Shown here: one piece after another, positions 12,001 through 20,442 of the stretch
Layout: each line of letters begins with the position of its first letter
Numbering within the stretch: the first letter of the stretch is position 1
Assembly: GCA_964532425.1 (NCBI GenBank)
Contig: CAZHIA010000004.1
Location: 83,740-147,739, forward strand
Reading direction: 5' to 3'
Origin: an uncultured Candidatus Saccharibacteria bacterium
GTDB taxonomy: Bacteria > Patescibacteriota > Doudnabacteria > UBA920
Length of the DNA: 64,000 bases
Made by a program: the position numbers and the translations under genes
Notes under the pieces: model-generated
Seen by the model: only the letters and a program-made list of their open reading frames with translations
The model's database searches: none
What the model was told of the DNA's origin: nothing

Positions 12001-12752
12001 TTTAACTTCCCCGCGATTGTCAGATCTCCTGCGGAAGTAATTTTGTTGGAAGATGAAAAAAATTGAATGTCACCGCTTGAGGAGTTCTGCAGCAACAACG
12101 CATTCGTGCCTGTCGCTGTCACTGAAGCGTTGGCCGCGCCGAGCACCAGAGACCCATTGGTGAGTACGGGCACCTGGTTGCCGGTTGCATTCTGCGAGGG
12201 CGCGTACCCGCCGACCGTGCTGGCATTCACCGCATACCCGGAGGCGCCGATTCTCTGTCGCGGGGAAAGATTTTCCCATGACACGCCAGCGCATGAGCTC
12301 GCCACCTGTGCGGCTACTTCAACGTTCAGGAAGACAGTGTCGTTGTCCTGAAAATTATATGTCAACGCATCACCACCCGCGCTGACGTCCCCCACCGCGG
12401 CATTGAACACGCCATTCTTCACGCTCAAGGTCATTGTCGACGGTGTCCCGGCTGGCCAAAGTTTGCTGCCACTGCCGACCGTTGCATTATCGTAAATTGA
12501 AAAGCGGAAACAATAATTTGTTCCGCTGGTGCCCCCAAGCAAGGTGCCGCTGTTGTCGAACAGCCGGCCCTGGTAATTCAATATCTTTGGCACGCCGGCA
12601 GCTGACTCCGCATGCTGCGAATACGCAAAGACAGTGGACAGACTGATGACAGCCAATCCAAGTCTTAATATAGTTCGTGACCACCTGCGTGCCGGCATAC
12701 CGAAATGTTTTTTGTTTTTTGTTTCAAACACAACAATAGCAAACGACAGCAT
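6033..12752 (-). CDS. Giant (2239 aa) secreted Gly/Thr/Ser-rich repeat protein. It has many tail-fibre-like G-N-[VI]-G-I-G-T-[ST]-[ST]-P repeats, a central region with seven xxNGxL[FY]xGT repeats (possibly beta-propeller-like), and a C-terminal Thr/Ser/Pro/Ala low-complexity tail. It is a putative adhesin or fibre.
   Basis: Single long ORF. Signal peptide ([32 protein letters not shown]). At least nine copies of the [11 protein letters not shown]-type motif. Seven [11 protein letters not shown]-like repeats. The final roughly 150 aa are T/S/P/A-rich. Confidence 0.8.
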   Translation of the reverse strand: MLSFAIVVFETKNKKHFGMPARRWSRTILRLGLAVISLSTVFAYSQHAESAAGVPKILNYQGRLFDNSGTLLGGTSGTNYCFRFSIYDNATVGSGSKLWPAGTPSTMTLSVKNGVFNAAVGDVSAGGDALTYNFQDNDTVFLNVEVAAQVASSCAGVSWENLSPRQRIGASGYAVNASTVGGYAPSQNATGNQVPVLTNGSLVLGAANASVTATGTNALLLQNSSSGDIQFFSSSNKITSAGDLTIAGKLNGNTISTGTGTLTLNSATLSVGSSINLFGASNSLYLFGTASIDQSVTTTSTPTFAGVNLTNALTPANGGTGVKSIAANALLVGNGTGVIATTTVGTAFQILKSNGGSGVPTFVDLSSLITAGTNIQVTGTSTVSITGTIAVTNGGTGTSTAPTQTGMLLAADGTGTKYGPTKLVAGANITITTSTPGQITIAASGGSGTPGGRNTQLQFNNSSAFGGAELFYSSTLSALGINSTTPSATLAAQGTTTQPTLDIFRAASSSGLTFLNVTAGGRVGIGTLSPDTLLTIKGSTGSGKIHLLDDNQAALLVDNTAASGRQWSLFSDNNGMMYFYDGGHLGGGGQGAVLSMNPNGGVAIGTTSFVSAGMSVMNGNVGINTTTPGQALHVAGAVLAAGNIGNLGNLPASGAYLYDSGTAAFLAAYTAGSSARDLNLAGQNINFYSGSSYTSKMILDTNGNIGIGTSTPTARLMVNQDNANAYPGQLVVNGFSNSRQQLIVGYNTVSDYGSIQAAKLGTGFSPLSLNGSGGNVGVGTTSPQATLHVSNSVAPASMTLGVNGGSGGYTALNVNLSAISGGYTSLQSIQSAGSAYGNLVLNGSGGNVGVGTTSPAEQLDVYSNTGDWDVARFYNPSAYISRLRVVSNSGRMEIGTPMNSDSAGIWTGDNLRFVINTNGNVGIGTSTPQAELAVQGYSGSSSQLFDIASSSGKSFFHVTANGYIGINTSTPGYQLDVQSGNAIVINASSTNTLSSGVISGNAAGGIAIMGTSAGTTLSAGVYGRSTGASGSSLYGVWGAATGTGTGVYGSAAGTGYGIFGTATANYSGFFLNGMGNGSTTLVTRLANAATSDLFQAQDSSGNALFKIGYNGNVGIGTTTPSKILSVQGDINFTGSLYQNGSLFTGGSGTPGGNAGAIQFNSGSGFAGDETQFYWDNSLKGLAIGTSTVTEKLNVVGNVLIGAQPDSPSTGTGFTILNTGGTPGTFGSVTNATSVMASVVYKGKLFIATRKTDGAAVYRLDSGNTWTMVTNAAGKATSTDASTVIDGYAMSIYNGKLFIGSQTGTGTGLGAVYMASNVDTANNTTANWVMVNSARGTIVSATTDGISDMAVFNGMLFVATQKTNAMEVDRYNGGTGAATFARVNPTIGKIAAETNVVSDSAVFVVYNNRLWAGTQTGTGQGSIGVYEGNGTTWTLITAVGGGTLGPDAGNEIASMAVFAGNLFVGTATSNLASIYRFGISNSVTAGSATQFVRMANARGQLNNTDAVNIDSVILRSYNGTLYAGTQTTSAEQTAGLYEYAQSSATSTAWTLMQNTRGTFGSQTSVDAVDSMIEFNGDLYMGTSEPGAGVLYKWTKNSMNSYVLRFDSGNGNMAGIKFDGGTQVADNNGRMGTLLVTHAMMLSTNAYDYAEDYPTTDETLSAGEIVEVDSDTGGDFVRRAHRKGSLVGVVSERPGFRLSASDDISGQQHVVPIALAGRVPVRASLDNGPIHAGDYLMVHPQQPGVAVKAVKAGQAIGQALSDYLEEVPNGKVSMYVNVSYFNGRSIEEELSGLTMDATMTNGVQEFATTTNFSLRVLEHLLSRSAEGQGEDVSEVFTDRLIGGVELITPKITSRDLNIDAIAPAGTSTLSVLLPSGGSFSIGMNGAAPGMRVDSVGNAWLAGGISAASGTFASLSVGSLQSAQLDRLEQGLSFLQDAASTSQAAILGLQQNMGSMQTLLQGLQRNLTTTSDVVAGIDLKTLARAASSGLAFSGPVTFENGITVNTVAPLGNGGISMNGDVYFVGTPYFTTDTAGFAVIGRGQKGVAITFDRPYVEQPIVNATIALNATTTAEADSQFAENIFAQNISFIITNKSEQGFSIILNKPAPMDVPFSWIALAVRSAKTFSSISPVQQAAGSAVVTSPVEENSQVASSTAVNPSPEQQAVTGAIASSTQDTTGTVAGTSTNAVIIPSTTDNPATDTTTAQTSAVSTPSQSSTDAPATATPPAPAIDTTTDASTSSQ

Positions 12753-13127
12753 GCCAGGTCAGGCTCGTTGTGCCAGACCCGCGAAATCGTCTGCAAACTG
12801 TATGTGATTGTTTTTATTTTTTGTTTCTGATTCCCTAGAATTTTTTAGGAAATCCAACTCAAACTCTGTAGTAATTATATCACATTTAGATTTTTTTGTA
12901 AAGAATTCACCATCGCCTTTAAGCTGCACTCACGAGGACAGGCGCACTGAGGAATTCAGTGACAAAAAAGGCAACCCAGACTTGACAAAATTCGATCAAT
13001 AAAATTGCGGACGACAGCCACTTTTGAGACTTTTTTCACCTTTTCAAACCGGCTGATTTTTTTGTCAAGTTTTTTCGCTTCCACAAGAGCCCGTAACTCT
13101 CCCCTGCCGGGTCCGCACCGCGCCACA

Positions 13128-13160
13128 TAAAAAACGGGATGACATTTCGTCTCCCGTTTT
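13128..13160. terminator. Bidirectional rho-independent terminator hairpin (AAAAACGGGA...TCCCGTTTTT)
   Basis: A perfect 7-bp GC-containing stem with an A-run on the 5' side and a T-run on the 3' side, directly abutting the stop codon of the 13160..13759 gene. Confidence 0.5.
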
Positions 13161-13759
13161 TAGCAAATCAGGGCGGTTGAAGCGCCCGCAACTTTGTGGT
13201 TGGCGGGCGCGCTTCCGAAGGCTAACTGACAGACCAAGCAATGCTCGAAGTGTGCCGCAAAATGTTTGAACAATTCTTTCTGGAACAGCAGCTCACTGAG
13301 TTCGCTCTGATTCACGACCTGGCCGAGCAAACAGGTCGGGCGCGGCACTGTTCTACGGACGGTGTTACCTTGCGCGATCACGTCATCTTCCTGAGACCGG
13401 TACAAGGCCATGTAAGCAAGTGCCTTGGCACAGACGAGCTCCATGACCCGGCCACTCAAATGCTCGATGTCCCTATAGAGCAGGCAGGGCGCATTGCCGG
13501 TGACTTCCGTCTTACCGGCGCATCGGCATGGCGGTTTGAACAACTCCAGCAGATCGCCGTAATTTCGGTTACAAACAGGGCAATGTAAAATGTGGACTGC
13601 GAAGATTCGATGGAAGACCGATACAACCGCGAGGTATGATGCATCCTCCGGTTCCAACCCGTTGAGGAACTGACAAATTATCTCATGCGCTTGCGGGCTC
13701 CGATCACTCCCCTGATTTTCCATTATCTCCTCCCTTCGAGATGTAGACAGTATGGACAA
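13160..13759 (-). CDS. Cysteine-rich hypothetical protein (CPVC, CRC and CLVC motifs). It may bind a metal (Zn or Fe).
   Basis: The ORF has several Cys pairs. The family is not recognised. Confidence 0.45.
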   Translation of the reverse strand: MSILSTSRREEIMENQGSDRSPQAHEIICQFLNGLEPEDASYLAVVSVFHRIFAVHILHCPVCNRNYGDLLELFKPPCRCAGKTEVTGNAPCLLYRDIEHLSGRVMELVCAKALAYMALYRSQEDDVIAQGNTVRRTVPRPTCLLGQVVNQSELSELLFQKELFKHFAAHFEHCLVCQLAFGSAPANHKVAGASTALIC

Positions 13760-13793
13760 TTGTACGTTACAAAAAGAAAGGCGTCAAGCCTTC

Positions 13794-14480
13794 CTACCGT
13801 TGCTCCACCACGATCTTACCCGCTGCAATTTCAACCTCGTCCGCAAGCCGCAAGGTTCTAATTTGTGCCGGCTGCAGGATTGGGTAATGCTTGATACTAT
13901 CTAAATGACGAGGAATGGCAAAGAGGTCTTTCTCGGACGTTCGCCACAGAAGCTTATCAAAAAAATTCAAATTGAACGGATGGGAATATTCGCGCAGGGT
14001 CTTTTTTCCATTATGTAAAAAATATTCATGGAAGTACGACAACACCAACTCGCGAATCGTGCGATAGACCGGCTCGCGGTAGCGGAGTACCGCGTGGTTG
14101 GTTTTGGAAAGTGCACCCCAGCAACCATGCTGCCTGAACACTGCAACCACGTGATCGTCATCGTGTGGCTTGACGGATCGCAAGTCGAGCACGAGCGGCT
14201 TTTGTCCATGGAACTCCAGAACGGCCGCAGCCAGCATCGCACCTTCCATGCAGTGCGCAGTGCCGTCACGGAGCACGCGGCGTGGCGACCGGCACGTTTC
14301 GCCTTCGCGTTCGAAATTGATTTTAAGATCATTTAAAAAATCCTGAATTTTTTTCGGTGTGTTGAGATGCTTGAGCACCTGTACCTCAGCTGCGCTGTAT
14401 TCTTTCAAAACATTTTTATACATGCGGTCCCCTGCTCTGCCAGTAACCAAAGGTAACTGTTGTTGCTTTAGGTTATTCAA
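13794..14480 (-). CDS. Hypothetical protein with a transglutaminase-like or papain-like Cys-His-Asp signature. Candidate cysteine peptidase or transglutaminase fold.
   Basis: The motif GTAHCMEGAMLAAAVLEFHGQKP resembles the transglutaminase-like core G-x-C-x-[DE]-[FY]-A. It is followed about 30 aa later by PHDDDHVVAVF (His, Asp). This is inference only. Confidence 0.45.
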   Translation of the reverse strand: MNNLKQQQLPLVTGRAGDRMYKNVLKEYSAAEVQVLKHLNTPKKIQDFLNDLKINFEREGETCRSPRRVLRDGTAHCMEGAMLAAAVLEFHGQKPLVLDLRSVKPHDDDHVVAVFRQHGCWGALSKTNHAVLRYREPVYRTIRELVLSYFHEYFLHNGKKTLREYSHPFNLNFFDKLLWRTSEKDLFAIPRHLDSIKHYPILQPAQIRTLRLADEVEIAAGKIVVEQR

Positions 14481-14513
14481 ATTATGTGTTCAACTTGAAG
14501 TGTGACGCAGCCA

Positions 14514-15002
14514 CTATCCGTTTTGCGTTCCCCTCCTATTCAGCCGCCAGATGGCGACATTCAGCACGCTGGCAAAGCTGACCCAGGCAAGATAGGGTAC
14601 GATCAGCCATGCCGCCGCATGATCCACCAGCCAAAACGATACGATAGTCAGGACAATCGAAATCCAAAGAACCACAATCTCTACCGCTGCCAGGCCGATC
14701 TTCTTCCAACCGAAAAAAATCGGAGTCCAAATTCCATTCAGGACCAGCTGACTACCAAAGGCGACGAGTGCAGGAAACGCCGCATCATTCTCCATTCTCA
14801 CATTCCATATGCGAGCAGCCGCGATGCCCATAAGTAAATACAGCAGTGTCCAAACCGGTCCGAATAGCCAATTCGGCGGACGGAACGACGGTTTGCGAAG
14901 TTTATTATACCATGAGGGAATTGCGCGGACCGTAAAGATGCTTCCTGCTATCCCGACTAATTCGCAAATAATAATTGCTATGACGTAAGAAATGATATGC
15001 AT
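14514..15002 (-). CDS. tspO: TspO/MBR family tryptophan-rich sensory protein (translocator protein)
   Basis: Five TM helices. Conserved motifs WYxxLxKPxFxPPxWxFGPVWTxLYxxMG and a Trp-rich C-terminal half. Confidence 0.85.
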   Translation of the reverse strand: MHIISYVIAIIICELVGIAGSIFTVRAIPSWYNKLRKPSFRPPNWLFGPVWTLLYLLMGIAAARIWNVRMENDAAFPALVAFGSQLVLNGIWTPIFFGWKKIGLAAVEIVVLWISIVLTIVSFWLVDHAAAWLIVPYLAWVSFASVLNVAIWRLNRRGTQNG

Positions 15003-15020
15003 AAAAATTTATAATTCCAA

Positions 15021-15890
15021 TTATGAGACAAGGACAGGTGCTGGCTGCGCTACAGTCGGACGCAGACTCACCCATGCCAACACCGCCAGCACCACTACCC
15101 CAATGACGCCACCCATTCCTCCGATAAGGTGGTTAAATGAAGCAAACACAATCGGCCACAGGCCATAGGCTTGGGCATTGAACATGCCATGGGCAAACGA
15201 AGCCAACAGTGTGCTCCCCGTTTGCAGGCGCAAGCGGCCGATATATATTCCGAGCGAGGTAGCCATGAGAACGAACAACACCGAACCGAGCCAGGGATTA
15301 CTGTACGATCCAAACCCCGCGAGCAGAACCAGCGGCACATGCCACAGTCCCCAAATGACGCCATGGATAGTAAGAGCCTTCCGCTCCCCGAGCGGCAAAA
15401 GCTTAGGTAACAGGTAGCCGCGCCAGCCGAGTTCTTCGCCAAACGCGGGAATCGAATTAATGATCGGCGTAACCAAACAGGTAGCCAGCAGTATGACCAT
15501 AACCACGAACCCAGGACGGGCGGGTGCAGGCATTCCGAACTGTCCGGTAAACGAGGCCAGAGAAAAATCAGGGCGGAAACCTGCTACCCACGTTATACCG
15601 AACACGAACACATACAACATGAGTAGTATCACCCACGCAGTACGATAGTCGGAAAATTTTCCCCAGCGCAGGCCAATGCCGTTCCACCCTTCGCGAGTAA
15701 TAAATTTCCTGACGAACAGGCTCGCCAAACCGGGAACGAACATGACCGCCGCCAGGCTGAGTTGGGCAGCTAACGGACCGCCGGACACGAGGCCTCCGCC
15801 TTTCGTGTGCAGGACTACGGCTATAGCGATAGTAGCCGCGAAGGTCAATGAGAGAAACCAGGCGAGGCCTTTGATATCAAGTTTGGACAT
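15021..15890 (-). CDS. CPBP family intramembrane glutamic metalloprotease (CAAX protease / Abi family, PF02517)
   Basis: Polytopic membrane protein with the EELGWRGYLLP (EExxxR) motif and the HGVIWGLWH motif characteristic of CPBP/Abi proteins. Confidence 0.8.
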   Translation of the reverse strand: MSKLDIKGLAWFLSLTFAATIAIAVVLHTKGGGLVSGGPLAAQLSLAAVMFVPGLASLFVRKFITREGWNGIGLRWGKFSDYRTAWVILLMLYVFVFGITWVAGFRPDFSLASFTGQFGMPAPARPGFVVMVILLATCLVTPIINSIPAFGEELGWRGYLLPKLLPLGERKALTIHGVIWGLWHVPLVLLAGFGSYSNPWLGSVLFVLMATSLGIYIGRLRLQTGSTLLASFAHGMFNAQAYGLWPIVFASFNHLIGGMGGVIGVVVLAVLAWVSLRPTVAQPAPVLVS

Positions 15891-15962
15891 TCTTTTTAGT
15901 TTATAGTTTGTAGGTTATAGTTTATAGATCCTCATTGGAGGAGCGGGTATGAACCACTCGCC

Positions 15963-16892
15963 TCACAGTTGGCGTTTTAACCATGAAGTTAACGCACGAT
16001 TGAGCTCCCCTGTCTTCCCTGTGTATCCATGGTCCGCACCTTTGATCAGCACGAACTCCATAACCTCGGGATGCTTGGCTTGCGCTTGGAGCGCCTCAAT
16101 GACACGATGCATGTCCGGCCAAGCGTATTCATCACGACTGCCATATACAATGAGTGACGGCTTGTCGATGGAAGCAAAATGCCGGAACAACGGTTTGGTG
16201 GAAAGTTTTAATTTCTTGAAATATTCGTTGTAGGGGAAATTGTTATAGTCGCCGTCCGGGTTGGCAATGTCGTAAAAACCCTGATACGAGTACACTGTAT
16301 TGTTGACCAGGTGCGGCGGCATCAGCTCCTCTCCTTTCCCCTGCCTAATCTTCTGCCGCGCTTTCTTAAGAAGCTCCAAGTACCGCTTCCGACCGAGCAT
16401 CTGGTAATAAATACCCGCATCATCTCCCCCGCTCACAATAAGGTATCCGCTCAGCGGATTGTTCTTTTTATAATAGTGGTACACGCAGATCTTGTTCGCA
16501 CCGGTCGAAACCCCGAACAAATAAATCTTCTTATACCTCCGTGCTTGTAAAAACTTGACCGCACCATCGATGTCCTTAATGCAATCGCGGATTCGTTCAT
16601 ATGCCGTGCCGCCCATGACTTTCTTCTTGCCGTCCTTGCCTTTTCTCAGGCGATGAATGAGCTGGGCGCCACGGTTATTGAAAGCAAGGTACGCATAACC
16701 GGCATCGGAAAATTTCTCTGCTACCCCCTCAGTCCGGTCCATGGAATAAAACACGGATGAGCTGCCATTGCCATGCAAATAGATGACAGCGGCATCAGTT
16801 GCATGATGCGGCTCATACAAAACCCCGGGCAATTGCAATCCGTCGGTTGATTCTATGGTGACAAACTTCGGTTCAGTTGGATGGTTTTTCAT
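15963..16892 (-). CDS. Alpha/beta-fold hydrolase (dienelactone hydrolase or esterase-like)
   Basis: A GxSxG nucleophile elbow (GVSTG) and HGNGSS near the N-terminus. The length and pattern are typical of alpha/beta hydrolases. Confidence 0.7.
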   Translation of the reverse strand: MKNHPTEPKFVTIESTDGLQLPGVLYEPHHATDAAVIYLHGNGSSSVFYSMDRTEGVAEKFSDAGYAYLAFNNRGAQLIHRLRKGKDGKKKVMGGTAYERIRDCIKDIDGAVKFLQARRYKKIYLFGVSTGANKICVYHYYKKNNPLSGYLIVSGGDDAGIYYQMLGRKRYLELLKKARQKIRQGKGEELMPPHLVNNTVYSYQGFYDIANPDGDYNNFPYNEYFKKLKLSTKPLFRHFASIDKPSLIVYGSRDEYAWPDMHRVIEALQAQAKHPEVMEFVLIKGADHGYTGKTGELNRALTSWLKRQL

Positions 16893-16982
16893 GGATTCAG
16901 TATATCAAAAACCGGCTTAATTGCCGATTGACAGAACCCGCGTAGTCCCCTATAGTATTGGGTTCAAATCCAAAGGAGGCAT

Positions 16983-17429
16983 ATGGATAACAACAAACGC
17001 GCATTATTTCCCGAATGGCTCGAGCTGCTTCTGTATGCCGGCTTGCTCGGCTATTGCAGCCATCTCCTGCTCAACATCAACACGGTCATGCCGGCCATTT
17101 CATGGCTCGGTCACTTACAGTACCACCGGTATTTGTTCCCGCTCGCGCTCGGCTATTTCTGGGGCACCGTGTTGAGTATCATCTGTGCGGTCTTTTACGG
17201 GATCGGCAGCCTTGTTTCCCTGGTGTGCGATCCTTCCGGCAACAGCAACGGCACAGTAGACCGGGATTTCAGGTCAGCTATCCGGTGGATCGCGCTCTGT
17301 GCGAGCCCTGTAGGCGGCGCTCTGGTAGCCGCTCTCATCTACGCGGCAGTATGTGTCGGAATTCCGTGCGGATTGATTGTATGGCTCTGGCGACAGCCGA
17401 GAAAGATCTCCGTTTATGAGCGCACCTGA
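16983..17429 (+). CDS. Small polytopic membrane protein, hypothetical
   Basis: A strong SD (AAAGGAGG) sits 5 nt upstream of the ATG at 16983. There are three to four hydrophobic helices. Confidence 0.55.
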   Translation: MDNNKRALFPEWLELLLYAGLLGYCSHLLLNINTVMPAISWLGHLQYHRYLFPLALGYFWGTVLSIICAVFYGIGSLVSLVCDPSGNSNGTVDRDFRSAIRWIALCASPVGGALVAALIYAAVCVGIPCGLIVWLWRQPRKISVYERT

Positions 17430-17544
17430 CTGCGTCCTGTCTATGCCCTGGCTTCAGCCGGGGCTTTCTTTATAGCTGCAAGCATCCAAAGAGGATGGTC
17501 GAGATCCCCATCAGCGTCCATTCCGCGTACCCATCAGCGACTTA

Positions 17545-17874
17545 TCAGCGGACAGTAGCTGGTTTCCATCTATACGCATCCATATCGATCTTCAAGTCTT
17601 GGCTGACTTCGATCTTCTCCGCGCGCAACAGTTCCGCCTGGATTTCTTTGGTTGCTGTCCAGTTCCCTTTGATGCTGATAACTCCCTGATTGTTGACCAC
17701 ACGCCACCATGGTACGTTTGAATCCGCCGGCAAACTCCGAAGCACCCAGCCCACCTGGCGCGCAGCGCGCGGGCTGCCGCAGGCGGCCGCCACCTGACCG
17801 TAGCTCATGACCTTACCCGCTGGGATAGCATTTACTACGTCTATAACTTTTTTTCCAAATGATTCCATAATCAA
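17545..17874 (-). CDS. atl: Alkyltransferase-like (ATL) DNA-binding protein of the MGMT C-terminal domain family. Trp replaces the active-site Cys (PWWRVV instead of PCHRV), so it is predicted to bind damage rather than act as a methyltransferase.
   Basis: 109 aa. It has the helix-turn-helix region of the Ada/Ogt C-terminal domain and the recognition motif NVPWWRVVN. ATL proteins are known to carry Trp at the Cys position. Confidence 0.7.
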   Translation of the reverse strand: MIMESFGKKVIDVVNAIPAGKVMSYGQVAAACGSPRAARQVGWVLRSLPADSNVPWWRVVNNQGVISIKGNWTATKEIQAELLRAEKIEVSQDLKIDMDAYRWKPATVR

Positions 17875-17984
17875 GACTCCATTATGTCATTCTGGTATCA
17901 CAGCCGGGATCCAGCGGCCAGAATAGATTCCCACATTCGCGGGAATGACACCAATTTATATTTTGGGAATTGTTTAAAGTGCAG

Positions 17985-18075
17985 TATGTAGGGGAGGCTA
18001 TCAGCTTCCCGTTTTGGGATGGGCGGCTCGCGAGCCGCCCCTACGGGTTGTAACTGGCGGGCGGATATTATCCGC
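17985..18075. repeat. GC-rich nested palindromic element: GGGCGGCTCGCGAGCCGCCC (perfect 20-nt palindrome), GGCGGATATTATCCGCC, and GTAGGGG...CCCCTAC
   Basis: Read directly from the sequence. It shares the GGCGGATA/TATCCGCC words with the elements at 36640-36830. Confidence 0.5.
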
Positions 18076-18096
18076 CCCTACATGATCAGCATGCGA

Positions 18097-18654
18097 TCAA
18101 CGATCACTCGGGGGCTTCAGTAATTGCGCAAATTTGAGTTTTAGGTTCTCCAGCTTCGGGTTAATTACCACCTGACAGTAAGGCCGATTCGGATTGTTCG
18201 CATAATAATCAATATGGTCTTGCTCTGCCGGGTAGAAGGCTTGCAACTGCTGCACTTCGGTCACGATCGGATTGCTGAAGATTTGTTCCTGTTCAAGGGT
18301 TCTGATAAATTGCATCGCTTCGGCTTTTTGCTCTCCAGTGGAATAAAGGATCATCGATCGGTACTGAGTGCCAACGTCCGCTCCTTGTCGGTTCGGAGTT
18401 GTCGGATCATGCACGGCAAAAAATACTGAGAGCAAGTCATTCAGCGAGATCTGTGCCGGGTCGAATTCGATTTGCACGACTTCCGCGTGGCCGGTCGTAC
18501 CACTTCCCACTGCTTCATAGGTCGGGTTATCTGTGCTGCCTCCGGCATATCCAGGGCGGACAGCTAAGACTCCGCGTAGCGATTGGAACACGGCTTCCGT
18601 ACACCAGAAGCAACCGCCGCCGAACACGATAGATTGAATAGGATTATTTTCCAT
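18097..18654 (-). CDS. msrA: Peptide methionine sulfoxide reductase MsrA
   Basis: GCFWC active-site motif near the N-terminus (FGGGCFWCTEAVF). Characteristic MsrA length and motifs. Confidence 0.9.
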   Translation of the reverse strand: MENNPIQSIVFGGGCFWCTEAVFQSLRGVLAVRPGYAGGSTDNPTYEAVGSGTTGHAEVVQIEFDPAQISLNDLLSVFFAVHDPTTPNRQGADVGTQYRSMILYSTGEQKAEAMQFIRTLEQEQIFSNPIVTEVQQLQAFYPAEQDHIDYYANNPNRPYCQVVINPKLENLKLKFAQLLKPPSDR

Positions 18655-18694
18655 TACGTTTGTACATTACTAATATATTCCATTAAAAGCAGTT

Positions 18695-18723
18695 TGACAA
18701 ATTTATATAGGTATGATATAATA
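18695..18723 (+). promoter_or_regulatory. Consensus sigma70-type promoter TTGACA-N17-TATAAT, about 270 nt upstream of the DEAD-box helicase gene
   Basis: TTGACA at 18695-18700, a 17-nt spacer, and TATAAT at 18718-18723. Confidence 0.5.
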
Positions 18724-18991
18724 ATCGAAATTACTAAATAACAGACTCGAACCTCAATTTGTTAGATTATTTCTTCCCAAAAGAGCTCGGGTCATCCGCC
18801 ACGATAGTTAGGTGCGATATTGGAATATTATTCAGATATAATGTTTCGACTTCCCTCTCTGCTACATACAGCGCGACAGGGATTTTTATTAGCCACTGAA
18901 GTGTGCAATTGAAAGTATGAGAATTTCTCAGCACACGTAATTGACTAATATGTATAGATTAGACGACCCTGGCGGAAAGAAAGAATTTAAC

Positions 18992-20377
18992 ATGTCCCCA
19001 CAGCACACAACATTTGACGGTTTGGGCATTGCTCCAAAACTCCTGGAGATTTTGGACAAGCTCAACTTCGTCACACCCACCCCGATCCAAAGCCAGTCCA
19101 TTCCTGAGGCTCTCACCGGCAAAGACGTAATGGGCATTGCTCAAACCGGAACCGGTAAGACTCTCGCATTCGGCATCCCCATGCTGCAGCGACTGGTCCA
19201 GCATAAAGGCAAAGGACTCGTCCTGCTCCCCACACGCGAACTCGCCCTTCAAGTCAATGAATCGCTCCACCGGGTCGGTACTCCGCTCGGCTTGAAAACC
19301 GCCATCTTAATCGGCGGTGAAAATATGAACAAGCAGCTGAAGCAGCTGAAGACCAATCCCCACGTCATTGTCGCTACACCCGGGCGCCTTATTGACCACT
19401 TAGAGCAAGGCACTGTCCGCCTCGGCGATGTTAAAATTTTAGTTTTGGACGAAGCCGACCGCATGCTCGATATGGGCTTTGCCCCGCAGATCAATCGCAT
19501 CTTGCGGACCGTTCCCGAGGCACGCCAGACTATGTTGTTTAGCGCTACTATGCCGCCCGAGATTATGAACATCACCAAGCAGTATATGAAGCTGCCCGTT
19601 CGCGTGGAAGTCGCTCCCCAGGGCACCGCAGCGCAAACCGTGACCCAGGAATTATTCTTCGTTAACAAGGAAGATAAGCTTTCCCTTCTCTCGAATATTC
19701 TCAAGGAATATAAAGGCAGTGTTTTGGTTTTTACCCGCACTAAGCACGGTGCTCGCAAGGTCGCCAAAGCGGTGCGAACGATGGGACACACTTCGGCCGA
19801 GATCCATTCCAATCGCAGCCTCAACCAGCGCCTGGAAGCGCTCTCCGGCTTCAAGGTCGGCAAATACCGCGTCATGGTCGCTACTGACATTGCTGCCCGC
19901 GGCATCGATGTGACTGGCATCGAGTTAGTCATCAATTACGACTTACCGGAGCAAGCCTCTGACTACGTGCACCGCATCGGCCGCACTGGCCGGGCCGGCC
20001 ACGAAGGAAGAGCTATCTCGTTTGCCACGCCTGACCAAAAGTTCGATGTGAAAGCTATTGAAAAGCTCATCAAGAAACAGCTACCGGTGTCCAAGCTCCC
20101 GGAACTGCCCAAGCGTCCGGCACCCGAGTTCTCCGCTCCTTCATTTGGAGGATCCAGAACGCCGCAGCGACAAGCCCAGGAAAGCTATGGCTCTCGCGGC
20201 AGATTCCGGCCCGCACCGAGATCCAAACCTTTGCGCAGCCCGTTTGATCGGAGCCACAAGCAGAAGCCGGCCAGCAACAGACCATCCCCTCTCTCAGACC
20301 CCATACCTCGCACCGGCTACTTCATGCCCCGCAGACCGCGGCCACCTCGCCGTAAGAGCAGCCTATTCGGAGAATAA
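18992..20377 (+). CDS. DEAD-box ATP-dependent RNA helicase with a basic Arg/Pro/Ser-rich C-terminal tail
   Basis: Q motif (TPIQ), motif I (AQTGTGKT), DEAD, SAT and HRIGRTGR motifs. I prefer the start at ATG 18992 (MSPQH), preceded by the purine-rich GGAAAGAAAG. The ORF track starts at 18941. Confidence 0.9.
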   Translation: MSPQHTTFDGLGIAPKLLEILDKLNFVTPTPIQSQSIPEALTGKDVMGIAQTGTGKTLAFGIPMLQRLVQHKGKGLVLLPTRELALQVNESLHRVGTPLGLKTAILIGGENMNKQLKQLKTNPHVIVATPGRLIDHLEQGTVRLGDVKILVLDEADRMLDMGFAPQINRILRTVPEARQTMLFSATMPPEIMNITKQYMKLPVRVEVAPQGTAAQTVTQELFFVNKEDKLSLLSNILKEYKGSVLVFTRTKHGARKVAKAVRTMGHTSAEIHSNRSLNQRLEALSGFKVGKYRVMVATDIAARGIDVTGIELVINYDLPEQASDYVHRIGRTGRAGHEGRAISFATPDQKFDVKAIEKLIKKQLPVSKLPELPKRPAPEFSAPSFGGSRTPQRQAQESYGSRGRFRPAPRSKPLRSPFDRSHKQKPASNRPSPLSDPIPRTGYFMPRRPRPPRRKSSLFGE

Positions 20378-20442
20378 ATTCAAAACACGCCATCATCCAG
20401 ATGGCGTGTTTTTCTGTAAAGAAGTATTTTTAAATCTTATGA

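Noticed and set aside
11371-12066. 231-aa plus-strand ORF (and other plus-strand ORFs between 6237 and 12646) inside the giant gene
   Set aside because: They are antisense to a continuous 6.7-kb ORF with a signal peptide and a coherent repeat architecture. The Pro/Val-rich composition reflects the complement of Gly/Thr codons.
6033-12752. Peptidase S74 intramolecular-chaperone domain at the C-terminus of the giant protein
   Set aside because: Such a domain would be expected after tail-fibre-like repeats, but no SDxRxK-type autocleavage motif was found by eye. The C-terminus is instead T/S/P/A low complexity. This is left as something to check.
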